A DNA stretch of 64,000 bases from an archaeon GW2011_AR5 (GTDB lineage: Archaea > Aenigmatarchaeota > Aenigmatarchaeia > GW2011-AR5). The DNA is taken from NCBI GenBank assembly GCA_000806115.1, contig JWKQ01000002.1, forward strand, positions 52,497 to 116,496. The letters run 5' to 3'. Below the pieces are notes generated by a model. The model ran no database searches, was not told where the DNA came from, and saw only the letters and a list, made by a program, of their open reading frames with translations. Of the stretch, positions 1-8,456 are shown piece by piece; position 1 is the first letter of the stretch; each line of letters starts with the position of its first letter. The translations under genes were made by a program, and so were the position numbers.

Positions 1-252
1 TTCGCGAACTTGTTTGCCTGGAACGTCGGAACCCATTCGACGTTGAAGGCGGGATAAGCCCAGCCTTTGTCAGACTGCTTGAGCGTGAAAAGATGTCCTA
101 CGGCAGGCACGGCGACGAAAGGCTTCCCGTCCTTTTCAAACTCATACCAGAACACCTTCTCGCCCACTTTCTTCGGCTTGCCGTCGGCAAGCGCCTCTGC
201 TATCGCCTTCGCGGAGGTTGGTTTCTCGCATAGGATTAGTGTGTACGACATG
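1..252 (-). CDS. Type IA DNA topoisomerase, N-terminal TOPRIM fragment; the gene runs off the window start
   Basis: Minus-strand translation from the ATG at 250-252 gives MSYTLILCEKPTSAKAIAEALADGKPKKVGEKVFWYEFEKDGKPFVAVPAVGHLFTLKQ... This has an IxxEKPSxAKxIAxAL TOPRIM start and a VGH motif, as in archaeal/bacterial topo I/III. It is open to the window edge, so it is absent from the ORF track. A GGTGA sits 8 nt upstream of the ATG. Confidence 0.5.
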
Positions 253-270
253 AAAAAATCACCGATTAAT

Positions 271-1353
271 CTAATTTATAACTCCTTTTTGCCTTAGAAT
301 ACGTATATGGTAGTCTATTGTCGAAATATTCCTGTTCAATTCTTTGGCTATTTCAGTCCTTTTCCTGCCAGATTTGAGCAGGTTTATAACTAATTCCTTG
401 CTCTCCACTTGCCCATAGTGAGGTATCTGCTTGGAGTTCAGGATAGATTCTAATTTATTGGCTTTTTCTTTATGAATAAAGTCTATGCTTTCTTTGAATT
501 TCTTAAGATTCTCGTATCCCCGAACGTAGAAATAATAAAAATCAAATCCGTTATGATTCTTGTAACATACAGTCCCACATCTTATTCCAAATTCCTCTAT
601 CATTTTTCTTAAGTCAAAAAGCATGTTTTCATTGCTGCATGAAAGCTCTATATGCCTGTAAGGTGGCTTGAATTTTACTGAACCCTCGTCATCAGCAAAT
701 GCCTTGACAAAAGTCCTCTTTATTTCCGTATCATTGCTGTTCTTTATGAAATCCGGAATTCTACAGGTTTTGCCGTTGAAATCCGGAACAACAGTTTTTA
801 GGATTACGCCTACTGGGGAAGGCAAAGTCACGAAATCGACTCCCTTATTTTTAGATTGATATATTTCAAAATCTCCGAAGACTTTCCTTGTATGTTCTTT
901 GAAAATTTCAAGAAGCCCCCTGTCCTTGTTATAATAATGCACATGCAGATACCCATTCTTTTCAGTGCTTACACAGCCGTCACAAAAAAGATGGGCAATG
1001 ACCGAGGAAAGCTCAGGTGTTAGCGTGATTGGAAATTTTGGGTATATTGGTTTGCTTTTTGCGTTCCCGAAATTTCTGTTTTTGTAAAAACAGCTTTTCA
1101 ATTCTATTATATTTTGCTGTTCCTTATTCAGGTCGATTTCGCATAATCTGCAGATTTCAGAAAGAATTTTTAGGGGATAATTACTGTTTTTCCGCCATGA
1201 ACAAAGCGAGCCTGACCAGAGATTCATCACTTTTGCCAGTTTCCTGATGCTTCCATACTTCATAGTTACTGAATTATTTATCTTGTATGCAAATTCCTTA
1301 TTTAGCTTCACGAAGAATCTTTCAGAAGGCAGGTCGGTTATGTTTATTTGCAT
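271..1353 (-). CDS. LAGLIDADG-family homing endonuclease (two-motif, monomeric type) with a C-terminal helix-turn-helix
   Basis: 360 aa. Two LAGLIDADG-like motifs are present: IAHLFCDGCVS and VKAFADDEGSV. The C-terminal stretch TEIAKELNRNISTIDYHIRILRQKG is HTH-like. The gene starts 45 nt downstream of the RT gene on the same strand. Confidence 0.6.
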   Translation of the reverse strand: MQINITDLPSERFFVKLNKEFAYKINNSVTMKYGSIRKLAKVMNLWSGSLCSWRKNSNYPLKILSEICRLCEIDLNKEQQNIIELKSCFYKNRNFGNAKSKPIYPKFPITLTPELSSVIAHLFCDGCVSTEKNGYLHVHYYNKDRGLLEIFKEHTRKVFGDFEIYQSKNKGVDFVTLPSPVGVILKTVVPDFNGKTCRIPDFIKNSNDTEIKRTFVKAFADDEGSVKFKPPYRHIELSCSNENMLFDLRKMIEEFGIRCGTVCYKNHNGFDFYYFYVRGYENLKKFKESIDFIHKEKANKLESILNSKQIPHYGQVESKELVINLLKSGRKRTEIAKELNRNISTIDYHIRILRQKGVIN

Positions 1354-1398
1354 TTGGGCACCCTATTTTTTATTCTTAGATATAATATAGAGAAATGC

Positions 1399-2454
1399 TT
1401 ATAAAGATTGAGTGATTTTCTTCATGTTTTTTCTGATTCTGTTGCGAATCTTGTAAGTGTTTCCATGTACAGCGTAAGCGCACCATCCGCTGATTTTTGC
1501 GTCCAATTCTCCCTGTGATATGTTGCCGTTTTTGTAGTCTTCAGCAAGTTCTTCCATTCTGAGATTCATTGATCGCAAATTGCTCTTTTTCAGGAGCTTG
1601 TGGTGGTAAAAAATCCTGAACCCAAGAAAATTTGCTCCGCTGTGCAGTGCATATATTTTAGACTTATCTGGATGCAATTCAAGCTTCAGTGAATTTTTTA
1701 GAAATTCGTCTATTCTGGATTTCCACCATTCAAGAACCACTTTTTTGTCGTGCAGAATCACGAAATCATCAAGGTATCGTATGTAGAATCGTGCGCGGAG
1801 ATTATGCTTCACGAACTTGTCAAGCTCGTTGAGGTAAATGTTAGCGAAGAACTGTGATGTCAGGTTTCCTATGGGCATGCCTTTCCAGTTTTTAGTCGAA
1901 TGGTTTGCTACTATTTTCCTTATCAGGCTCATGACCTTATCGTCATTTATCTTCTTTGCCAGTATCTTTAGCAGTATTTCATGGTCAACTGTTTCAAAAT
2001 AGTGCCTTATATCGGCTTTTAGGAAGTACCCGATAGTCATGTTGCCGTCTTTGGCGTTCTTGACAAGTCGTCCGTTTTTGCTCGCTTTTCTCTTGAATGT
2101 GTCGAATCGTTTTATCGCTGCGTGAGTTCCTTTGCCTTTCCGGCTTGCATACGAATCATGTATGAATGATTTCTCGAAAAGCGGTTCTATGACGTTGCAT
2201 ATGGCATGGTGCACGACGCGGTCGCGAAAATGGGACGAGCTTATTGTCCTTGTCTTTGGGTCACGTATGACAAAATTCTTGAGGGGATGCGGCTGATAAG
2301 TGTCCGTCCTTAGTTCAGCCTCGAGCTTTGCCAGGTTCCTCTCAAGCTCTTTCTCGAATTTGTGCACATACCATTTTGAAGTCTTGTTTTTCCTTGCTTT
2401 CCTGTAAGCCAGAAGAAGGTTATCATAGGAGCAGATTTGATTATATAGATTCAT
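1399..2454 (-). mobile_element. Group II intron-type reverse transcriptase/maturase (RT + X domains, no endonuclease domain); possibly a free-standing group-II-like RT
   Basis: 351 aa. RT blocks are present: PIGNLTSQFFANIYL (RT4), RYLDDFVIL (RT5, YLDD rather than YADD) and LGFRI (RT7). A thumb/X-like GWCAYAVHGNTY follows. No space is left for intron domains V/VI before the next gene. Confidence 0.75.
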
Positions 2455-2939
2455 GAAAATCCCGGCAGGGCTGCTAGGACGAGAGGCAACCCTGTCAGTC
2501 GGCTCGCTTCTATGGAGGAACGATTTACCGGAGTTGAGCGGGTGCCTGTTCGCATTTGCGCTTCTTTTTCGAAGTCGGATGACGCATATGCGTCTGTTTG
2601 TTCCAAAAAGAATTGACGTTGAACCGGCCGTTTGCGAGTCTTGAGACTTGTCGCCGATGTCCGGGTTGAAGTTGCGCCCAACGAACCGTCTAGCTGCCTT
2701 ATCAAAGTCCTGAGACCACTGCTGCTTGAATTTGAAAAATTCTTGCAGATGTATTTTATGTCATCAGCGCCAGAGTGCGGCGCTTCGATATAAGGCAGCG
2801 TGTAGCCAGCTGCCGGGATAATTACACTTTCCAACACGTACACGACTTTAATCGCGGGTTCGCTTGGAAAATGGAATCCTGAATGCATCCCTGTATGTCG
2901 CCTGAAGACGGCAATTTCAGGCGCATTCAAGATGAACAA
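2451..2939 (-). other. Low-confidence ORF, probably chimeric; its C-terminal half is an out-of-frame read through a pseudogene fragment
   Basis: 162 aa. Its stop overlaps the RT start (ATGA). The low-complexity S/T-rich C-terminus coincides with the degenerate gene-fragment copy at 2476-2700. Confidence 0.2.
2476..2700 (-). pseudogene. Degenerate duplicate of the 3'-terminal coding region of CDS 3041-3754, with insertions and Asp-to-Asn substitutions
   Basis: Nucleotides 2476-2700 align to 3106-3215, with three insertions of about 20-70 nt. Translated in the homologous frame it gives FVGRNFNPDIGD...ANRHPLNSG...RVASRP, against FVGRDFDPDFGDYGRFYVLADRRPLDSGVDGVASRP in the intact gene. Confidence 0.45.
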
Positions 2940-3040
2940 GAAGGAAGAACTTAATATGTTATAAAAAGATCTATCTCTCTCTGGCGCTCGACAGGAAACA
3001 GAGGTTCATGTAACTTTCTTTGCGTGACTAGAATAAAAAA

Positions 3041-3754
3041 TTATGCCTTAGCTTCTGATGCAGTCCTGATGTCAATCTCGCCAATTACGTTATGTTCTGC
3101 ATAGGCGGGACGAGAGGCAACCCCGTCAACACCGGAGTCGAGCGGGCGCCTGTCCGCAAGGACGTAGAACCGGCCGTAGTCGCCGAAGTCCGGGTCGAAG
3201 TCGCGCCCAACGAACCTTTTGCCACCCTTGAAATTGTCAGGTCTGTAAAATCCTGATATTTCTACAGCAGGTAAGTCAAATTCTAAATAAGCTCTCTCTG
3301 CTTCTGCCCGCTCTTCGAAAGGCACTGTCTTTTCCGGAATGAGCGTGAACGGTTGGAAAAATCTATATCCTTTAACATTGTCCGCAATCGGGACAACCAG
3401 CCCTGGCTTTGGAGCCCATGCTTTGATGAGAATTTCATCGTCCCTGCCGTCATTTGACTTGTACAGGATAGGTATGTGTCCCTCGCTCGGAGACTGCTCG
3501 CCGCCGTGCATTCTGTCCTCTGCTGAATCATGCGTTATCTCTCCGTACCAGCTTCTTTTCCTGTCATTGTACCTCTTGACATCCCTGTCGTGAAAAGCGT
3601 TGTCAAATCTGTTGTGGCTGTATGCTGCAAAAATAGCATGACCAGGCGGTGCCTGCCTGTGAAGCTGTGCATAAGGGACTATGGTGCCCAGTTCCGGCAG
3701 TTCAAAAGGCACGTCAAACGAGCCCTTGTCTGTCAATACTCTGAAAACATCCAT
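3041..3754 (-). CDS. Hypothetical protein (no family recognised)
   Basis: 237 aa clean ORF with a protein-like composition. Its 3' end is duplicated as a degenerate fragment at 2476-2700. Confidence 0.45.
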   Translation of the reverse strand: MDVFRVLTDKGSFDVPFELPELGTIVPYAQLHRQAPPGHAIFAAYSHNRFDNAFHDRDVKRYNDRKRSWYGEITHDSAEDRMHGGEQSPSEGHIPILYKSNDGRDDEILIKAWAPKPGLVVPIADNVKGYRFFQPFTLIPEKTVPFEERAEAERAYLEFDLPAVEISGFYRPDNFKGGKRFVGRDFDPDFGDYGRFYVLADRRPLDSGVDGVASRPAYAEHNVIGEIDIRTASEAKA

Positions 3755-3827
3755 ATCTATCGTATTTTTCTTTATTGAGAAGCTTTTTAAAGCTTTCGAT
3801 TTGTTACCACTTTTAAGTTAGAAATTA

Positions 3828-5105
3828 CTACTGTTTATCGATAACTTTTGCGCCGTCCATGTATTGCTGCAAAGCCTTCGGCACTTCTATTGTGCCGTCT
3901 TCCTTCTGGTAGTTCTCCATTATGGCTATGATCGGCCTGTTTCCTGAAAGCGCAGTGTTGTTCAGCGTGTGCACAAAACCGGCGGGAGGCGCGCCCTCTT
4001 TCTCGCGGTATTTGACGTTGAGCCTTCTTGCCTGGTAGTCGGTGCAGTTGCTGTTCGAGCCGATCTCCCTGTACTGTCCGTCTGCCATGAGAAACTCCGT
4101 GTCGTATTTCTTGGCTGCCATTATGCCCATGTCGCCGGTGCAGACATTTACGACCCTGTGCGGTATTCCCAGCGTTTGATACAGCTCTTCGCTGTATCTT
4201 TGCATCTCTTCGTGAATTTTCCAGCTGTCTTCCGGAAGGCAGAATACAAACTGTTCTATCTTGTTGAAATGGTGCACGCGGAATATCCCGCGGGTGTATT
4301 TGCCGTGCGTGCCGACTTCTTTCCTGAAGCACGGCGAGATGCCTGCGAGCTTTATCGGTTTGTCCATGATTAGCGTCTCGTCCATGAACATGGCCGCCAT
4401 CGGGTGCTCGCTTGTCGCTATGAGGTGCAAATCCTCGCCCTCTATTTTATAGAGCACGTCTTCAAAATCAGCCAGGCTTGTCACGCCTTCGTAAGCTTTC
4501 CGCGACATCATGAAAGGCGGCTGGACAATCGTGAACCCTTTCTTTATCAGGAATTCCAGCGCGAACTGCTGGAGCGCCCGGTCGAGCATCACAAGCTGCC
4601 CCTTGAGATAGTAGAATCCGTGTCCTGCAATCTTCGCGGCGCGCTCTATGTCAAGCAGCCCGAGCCCTTCCGCAAGCTCGACGTGGTTTTTTGGCGTAAA
4701 ATCGAAGCTTTGCTTTCCCCATCTTTTTATCTCCTTATTTTCAGTGTCATCTTTGCCTATCGGCACAGATTCATGCAGCATATTGGGTATCTGCAGCAGC
4801 AGCTTCCTGCATTGGGCGTCGAGCTCGACGAGGCGTTCGTCCAGTTTTTTGATTTTGCCGGGAAGCTCGGCAGCCTCCTTCATGGAGGCGTCTGAAGGTT
4901 TTCCCTGCGCCTTCATTTCCATGATTGTCTTCGTTATGGTGTTCCTCTTCTGCTTCAGTTTCTCCACGTCCTGAAGCACGTCGCGGCGTTCCTTGTCGGC
5001 TTCAACCAGTTCGTGAAGCGCGTGCACGACGGCGGGGTCGTTCCTCTTTGAAAGGTTGTCCAGCACCTTCTCCGGCTGCTCGCGTACGAGTTTTATGTCA
5101 AGCAT
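3828..5105 (-). CDS. serS: Seryl-tRNA synthetase
   Basis: 425 aa. The N-terminal coiled-coil begins MLDIKLVREQPEKV and the class II core is recognisable. The length is typical. Confidence 0.9.
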   Translation of the reverse strand: MLDIKLVREQPEKVLDNLSKRNDPAVVHALHELVEADKERRDVLQDVEKLKQKRNTITKTIMEMKAQGKPSDASMKEAAELPGKIKKLDERLVELDAQCRKLLLQIPNMLHESVPIGKDDTENKEIKRWGKQSFDFTPKNHVELAEGLGLLDIERAAKIAGHGFYYLKGQLVMLDRALQQFALEFLIKKGFTIVQPPFMMSRKAYEGVTSLADFEDVLYKIEGEDLHLIATSEHPMAAMFMDETLIMDKPIKLAGISPCFRKEVGTHGKYTRGIFRVHHFNKIEQFVFCLPEDSWKIHEEMQRYSEELYQTLGIPHRVVNVCTGDMGIMAAKKYDTEFLMADGQYREIGSNSNCTDYQARRLNVKYREKEGAPPAGFVHTLNNTALSGNRPIIAIMENYQKEDGTIEVPKALQQYMDGAKVIDKQ

Positions 5106-5107
5106 AT

Positions 5108-5749
5108 CTAACTTTCACCTTTTGCTTCCTTAAAAAACTGCCTCAGATAACTTTCCATAAAATTATGCCTTTCTTCCGCCATTAGCCTTCCTGTTTTAGT
5201 GTTCATCCTGTCTTTCAGGAGCAGGAGTTTTTCATGAAAATGATTGATAGCCGAGCCTTCTGTTCTCTTATACTGTTCGAAACTCATATTTTCCCTTGCT
5301 TCAACAGAAGGGTTGAAAATTGGTATGTTCTTATAGCCTGCGTAGGTAAATGCCCGTGCAATCCCGAATGCCCCTATTGCATCCAGCCTGTCGGCATCCT
5401 GCACCACTTTGCCTTCAAGAGTCTGTATTTTATTTTGTTCCGCAGAGCCTTTGAATGAGATGTTCTCCACAATATGTATTATCTTTTCTGCCGTGCCGGA
5501 GTCCACTCCCAGGGATTGGAGCCATGCGGCGGATTTGACGGCGGTTTCATGGGAATTAAATTTGAAGTCGTCTATGTCGTGCAGCAAAGTCGCCATCTCG
5601 ACCACGAACAAATCAGCTCCCTCCTCCTTGGCTATCAGCTTCGCCGTGTTCCAGACGCGTTCTATGTGAAACCAGTCGTGCGTGGCGTCCTTGTATTCTT
5701 CCATATTCCGGCGGACGTACTCTTTTGTTCTTTCTATTGCATCTTGCAT
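5108..5749 (-). CDS. HD-domain phosphohydrolase
   Basis: 213 aa with H...HD motifs (WFHIERV, LLHDIDD). It lies 2 nt downstream of serS. Confidence 0.65.
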   Translation of the reverse strand: MQDAIERTKEYVRRNMEEYKDATHDWFHIERVWNTAKLIAKEEGADLFVVEMATLLHDIDDFKFNSHETAVKSAAWLQSLGVDSGTAEKIIHIVENISFKGSAEQNKIQTLEGKVVQDADRLDAIGAFGIARAFTYAGYKNIPIFNPSVEARENMSFEQYKRTEGSAINHFHEKLLLLKDRMNTKTGRLMAEERHNFMESYLRQFFKEAKGES

Positions 5750-5802
5750 ATAGTTAGTCTAAGTCAAGGTTTTTTAAAAATCTATCATTACATATTTAGA
5801 AT

Positions 5803-6102
5803 ATGCATAAAGCCCTGTTTCTGTTGAGAAAAATCCCGAAGGGCAAAGTCACAACATACGGCGAGCTTGCGCGCGTGACAAAGTCCAGCCCGCGCGCAAT
5901 AGGGCAGGTGATGCGGCGCAACCAGCATCCTGAATTGTATCCCTGCTACAAATGCGTGTCTGCCAGCGGCAGGATTCACGGCTATGACGGCTGCCTGAAG
6001 GGCGGGAAAGTTGACAAGAAAATATCGCTTTTGAAAAAAGACGGGATAGAAATAAGGAACAAAAGGGTTGATTTGTCAAAATATTTGCATAAGTTTGAGT
6101 GA
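5803..6102 (+). CDS. MGMT-family protein (methylated-DNA-protein-cysteine methyltransferase DNA-binding domain only)
   Basis: 99 aa. A HTH is followed by an active-site-like YPCYKCV where PCHRV would be expected. The MGMT N-terminal domain is absent. Confidence 0.5.
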   Translation: MHKALFLLRKIPKGKVTTYGELARVTKSSPRAIGQVMRRNQHPELYPCYKCVSASGRIHGYDGCLKGGKVDKKISLLKKDGIEIRNKRVDLSKYLHKFE

Positions 6103-6106
6103 TTGA

Positions 6107-6532
6107 ATGATAATAAGGCGCGCGAGGCTGTCGGATTATGAAGGATTGATTCCTCTTCTCAATGATTTTGTAGGGGATGACAGGTACTCTAGGCGGAACA
6201 ACGATTCGTTTGCGAAAATGTTAAGGGATTCAAGGAGCTTTGTATTTGTGGCTGAGGAAAAGAAGAAGCTGATAGGTTTTGTGACGTTCTGCGTGAGGAA
6301 GGTGGTGAGGTATTCCAAGCCGATAATGGAAATTGATGAAATGTACGTCTCGCCGGATTTCAGGAGAAAAGGCGTGGGAAAAAGCTTGCTGAAGCTGGCG
6401 GAAAAGAAGGCAAAAGAACTTGGCTGCAGGAAGATGTTTCTTGAATCTCACAAGGACAGGAAAGGCGCGCACAAATTCTACGCATCCATGGGCTATGAGA
6501 AAGGCGGGTATTATTTCGACAAAATGCTCTGA
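6107..6532 (+). CDS. GNAT family N-acetyltransferase
   Basis: 141 aa with an acetyl-CoA binding motif RRKGVGKSLL. Confidence 0.75.
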   Translation: MIIRRARLSDYEGLIPLLNDFVGDDRYSRRNNDSFAKMLRDSRSFVFVAEEKKKLIGFVTFCVRKVVRYSKPIMEIDEMYVSPDFRRKGVGKSLLKLAEKKAKELGCRKMFLESHKDRKGAHKFYASMGYEKGGYYFDKML

Positions 6533-7606
6533 TTATCTCGTGACCTGCTGCGCTTTGACAAAATCCGCCAGCTGCTTTGCCTTCCCTTTGGAAAGGTGTT
6601 TCCTGACGGGCTCCAGCAAGTCGTTGACGCGGCTGGATGTTGCGCTTTTCAGGTCCATTGGATGCAGCTTCCCCGCTTCAAAATCCCTGCAAAGCTCGCC
6701 TATGTTCGTATAAGTGACGTCGCCGCCGAACTTCTCCGGCCTTTCCACAGTAACCTCGTCGAAGCTCTCAAAAATTATGTACTGCATATATTCAATCAGC
6801 GGATTGTCATTTGTCTGTTTCTCGGGACAATACGCCTTCGATATCTTTCTCTCAACGTCCTGTGCAGAATCTGTCATGAATATTGCGCTGTCAGGGATGC
6901 TCTTTGACATCTTCATCGCTATGGCGCGTTCAACGGGGTCATTGACTCCTTCCGGCGGCTTGTTCAGTCCCATAAGCATGTGGTGGCTCACTACAACAGG
7001 CTTCCAGAAACCGAGCGATGGTCCAAGCTCTCTGGCAAGAATATTCACCTTTCTCTGGTCCATTCCAAGCTGGGTAATGTCGGCTTCCAGCTCGAAGATG
7101 TCTGCGCACTGCATGCACGGATAAATTATCTGGGAAGCTTTCTGGATTTCGTCCTCTTTCCTCCCCATGATCTGTCCGCATCTTATCACCCTGTTGACTG
7201 TGGTGTTCTGCGCAATCCTTATCACTTTTTTCCAGTATTCCTGGTCGTCTACAATGTCCACCGCGCGAATGAACTCGACTTTTTTTGTGTCCATCCCGGA
7301 AGCCTTCCAGACCTCGATAAGAAAGTCCCCGGCTTTCTGTATCTTCTCAAGGTCCCCGCCGAACTTTAGGTTGGTCCAGCCGTGCCAGTCGGCGGCGTAC
7401 ATCTTGAACTTGACGCCTGCTTTCAGCATCTTGTTGACGTTTATTGCACGAAGAATTCCCTGGGCTATATGCGGTATGCCTGACGGCTCAAAACCGTCGT
7501 AGGCAATGGGCTTTGTTTTCGTCTCTAGAAGTGAGCGCAGCTCCTCGCGCGTGACGATTTCCTCGCCGACTTCGCCGATAAGCTGCATGCGTTTTTCGAT
7601 GTCCAC
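6533..7606 (-). CDS. tyrS: Tyrosyl-tRNA synthetase (archaeal type)
   Basis: 357 aa with KMSKS. The C-terminus KAYCPE...NPLIEY...RPEKFGGDVTYT...LHPMDLK...LLEPVRKHL closely resembles archaeal TyrRS. Confidence 0.8.
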   Translation of the reverse strand: MDIEKRMQLIGEVGEEIVTREELRSLLETKTKPIAYDGFEPSGIPHIAQGILRAINVNKMLKAGVKFKMYAADWHGWTNLKFGGDLEKIQKAGDFLIEVWKASGMDTKKVEFIRAVDIVDDQEYWKKVIRIAQNTTVNRVIRCGQIMGRKEDEIQKASQIIYPCMQCADIFELEADITQLGMDQRKVNILARELGPSLGFWKPVVVSHHMLMGLNKPPEGVNDPVERAIAMKMSKSIPDSAIFMTDSAQDVERKISKAYCPEKQTNDNPLIEYMQYIIFESFDEVTVERPEKFGGDVTYTNIGELCRDFEAGKLHPMDLKSATSSRVNDLLEPVRKHLSKGKAKQLADFVKAQQVTR

Positions 7607-7607
7607 G

Positions 7608-8456
7608 TTAATTCCACGCTTTCCCGTATACCACTGAGTATACTTCCTTAAGCCTTCTTTTAAGTTTATCTGGGCAGTTCCTTCCGTTGCCCGAGTACCC
7701 GCAGACGATTTTGTAGTAGAGGTCGAGCAGCCGTATGAAGTACGCGCGGGTTGGTTTTGTCATCTGGTCCACTTTGTGCCCTATGTCTTCCTCCTCCATT
7801 AGCAGGAGCCTCGGTTTCTCTGTGCACAGGTAAGGCGGCATTGCCGAGCCGTCAAGCGACCTCCCGGGCTCCGTGTAGACGAATGTTGTCAGCGGCCCGA
7901 AAGTTCTCGTGTACATGTTGTCAAAGCGGCGCTCGTCAAAGTCCATTCCGTCGTGCTTCCATCCTATCTTTACCCCGTTCCCCGACTGCCTGAAGAACTC
8001 CATGTCGCCAACCTGAAGCCTCTCGTAAGTGTTCCCGTTCATCTTTACATCCCGCCTTGGCACTTCCGAGCCGAGCATTATCTCGAACCGGCGGAGGTCC
8101 AGCCTGTCAAGAAGGTTTTGCACGGAATCTCTTCGCGCGTTCGACACTCTCCTTACCGCATCCGGGTCGTTTCCGGATGCTGCATGCTCGTCCGCTATGA
8201 GAACCGTGGTCCTGTCAAGTTCGGCCCTTTCCCTCACGAGTTCTGCAGTCAGCACAAGTCCGAGTGCATCGAACGGCATATGCTCCGTGATCCCGTTCCT
8301 GTTTGACAGCCCTATCCCAAAATAGCAGCCCGTTGAGTTTTCGAGGTCTGAGCCCGGAACAAAATCGGTTATGTGCGGCTCGTCTCCAAGTCTCCGCCCA
8401 AGCGCGCGTTCGCTAACCATTCGTACCACCCATATGCTGGACCGCAGAATTTGCAA
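7608..8456 (-). CDS. Hypothetical protein
   Basis: 282 aa ORF. Its N-terminus overlaps the aspartate racemase by about 44 nt, so the true start is probably at an internal Met. Confidence 0.4.
   Translation of the reverse strand: MQILRSSIWVVRMVSERALGRRLGDEPHITDFVPGSDLENSTGCYFGIGLSNRNGITEHMPFDALGLVLTAELVRERAELDRTTVLIADEHAASGNDPDAVRRVSNARRDSVQNLLDRLDLRRFEIMLGSEVPRRDVKMNGNTYERLQVGDMEFFRQSGNGVKIGWKHDGMDFDERRFDNMYTRTFGPLTTFVYTEPGRSLDGSAMPPYLCTEKPRLLLMEEEDIGHKVDQMTKPTRAYFIRLLDLYYKIVCGYSGNGRNCPDKLKRRLKEVYSVVYGKAWN

Noticed and set aside
67-297. A +-strand 76-aa ORF at the window start
   Set aside because: The opposite strand encodes a convincing topoisomerase IA N-terminus ending at the same place. 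The + ORF is a low-complexity shadow frame.
2765-2775. A GTGCG on the + strand near 2768 as a group II intron 5' end
   Set aside because: The RT is on the minus strand, so a + strand 5' motif cannot belong to the same element. A single pentamer match is expected by chance.
1399-3100. A complete mobile group II intron (domains I-VI) around the RT gene
   Set aside because: Only 45 nt separate the RT stop from the next gene start, leaving no room for domains V/VI. No convincing domain V hairpin or GUGYG 5' end was found by eye. I therefore annotate only the RT and flag intron structure as unresolved.
3835-4895. Long antisense or alternative-frame ORFs within serS (3835-4332, 3969-4373, 4404-4895)
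   Set aside because: These are shadow ORFs inside a well-supported SerRS CDS with Arg/Ala/His-rich low-complexity translations. The same applies to 14310-14981 (within polX), 21165-21962 (antisense to hddA), 26215-26682 (antisense to folC), 56151-56546 and similar.
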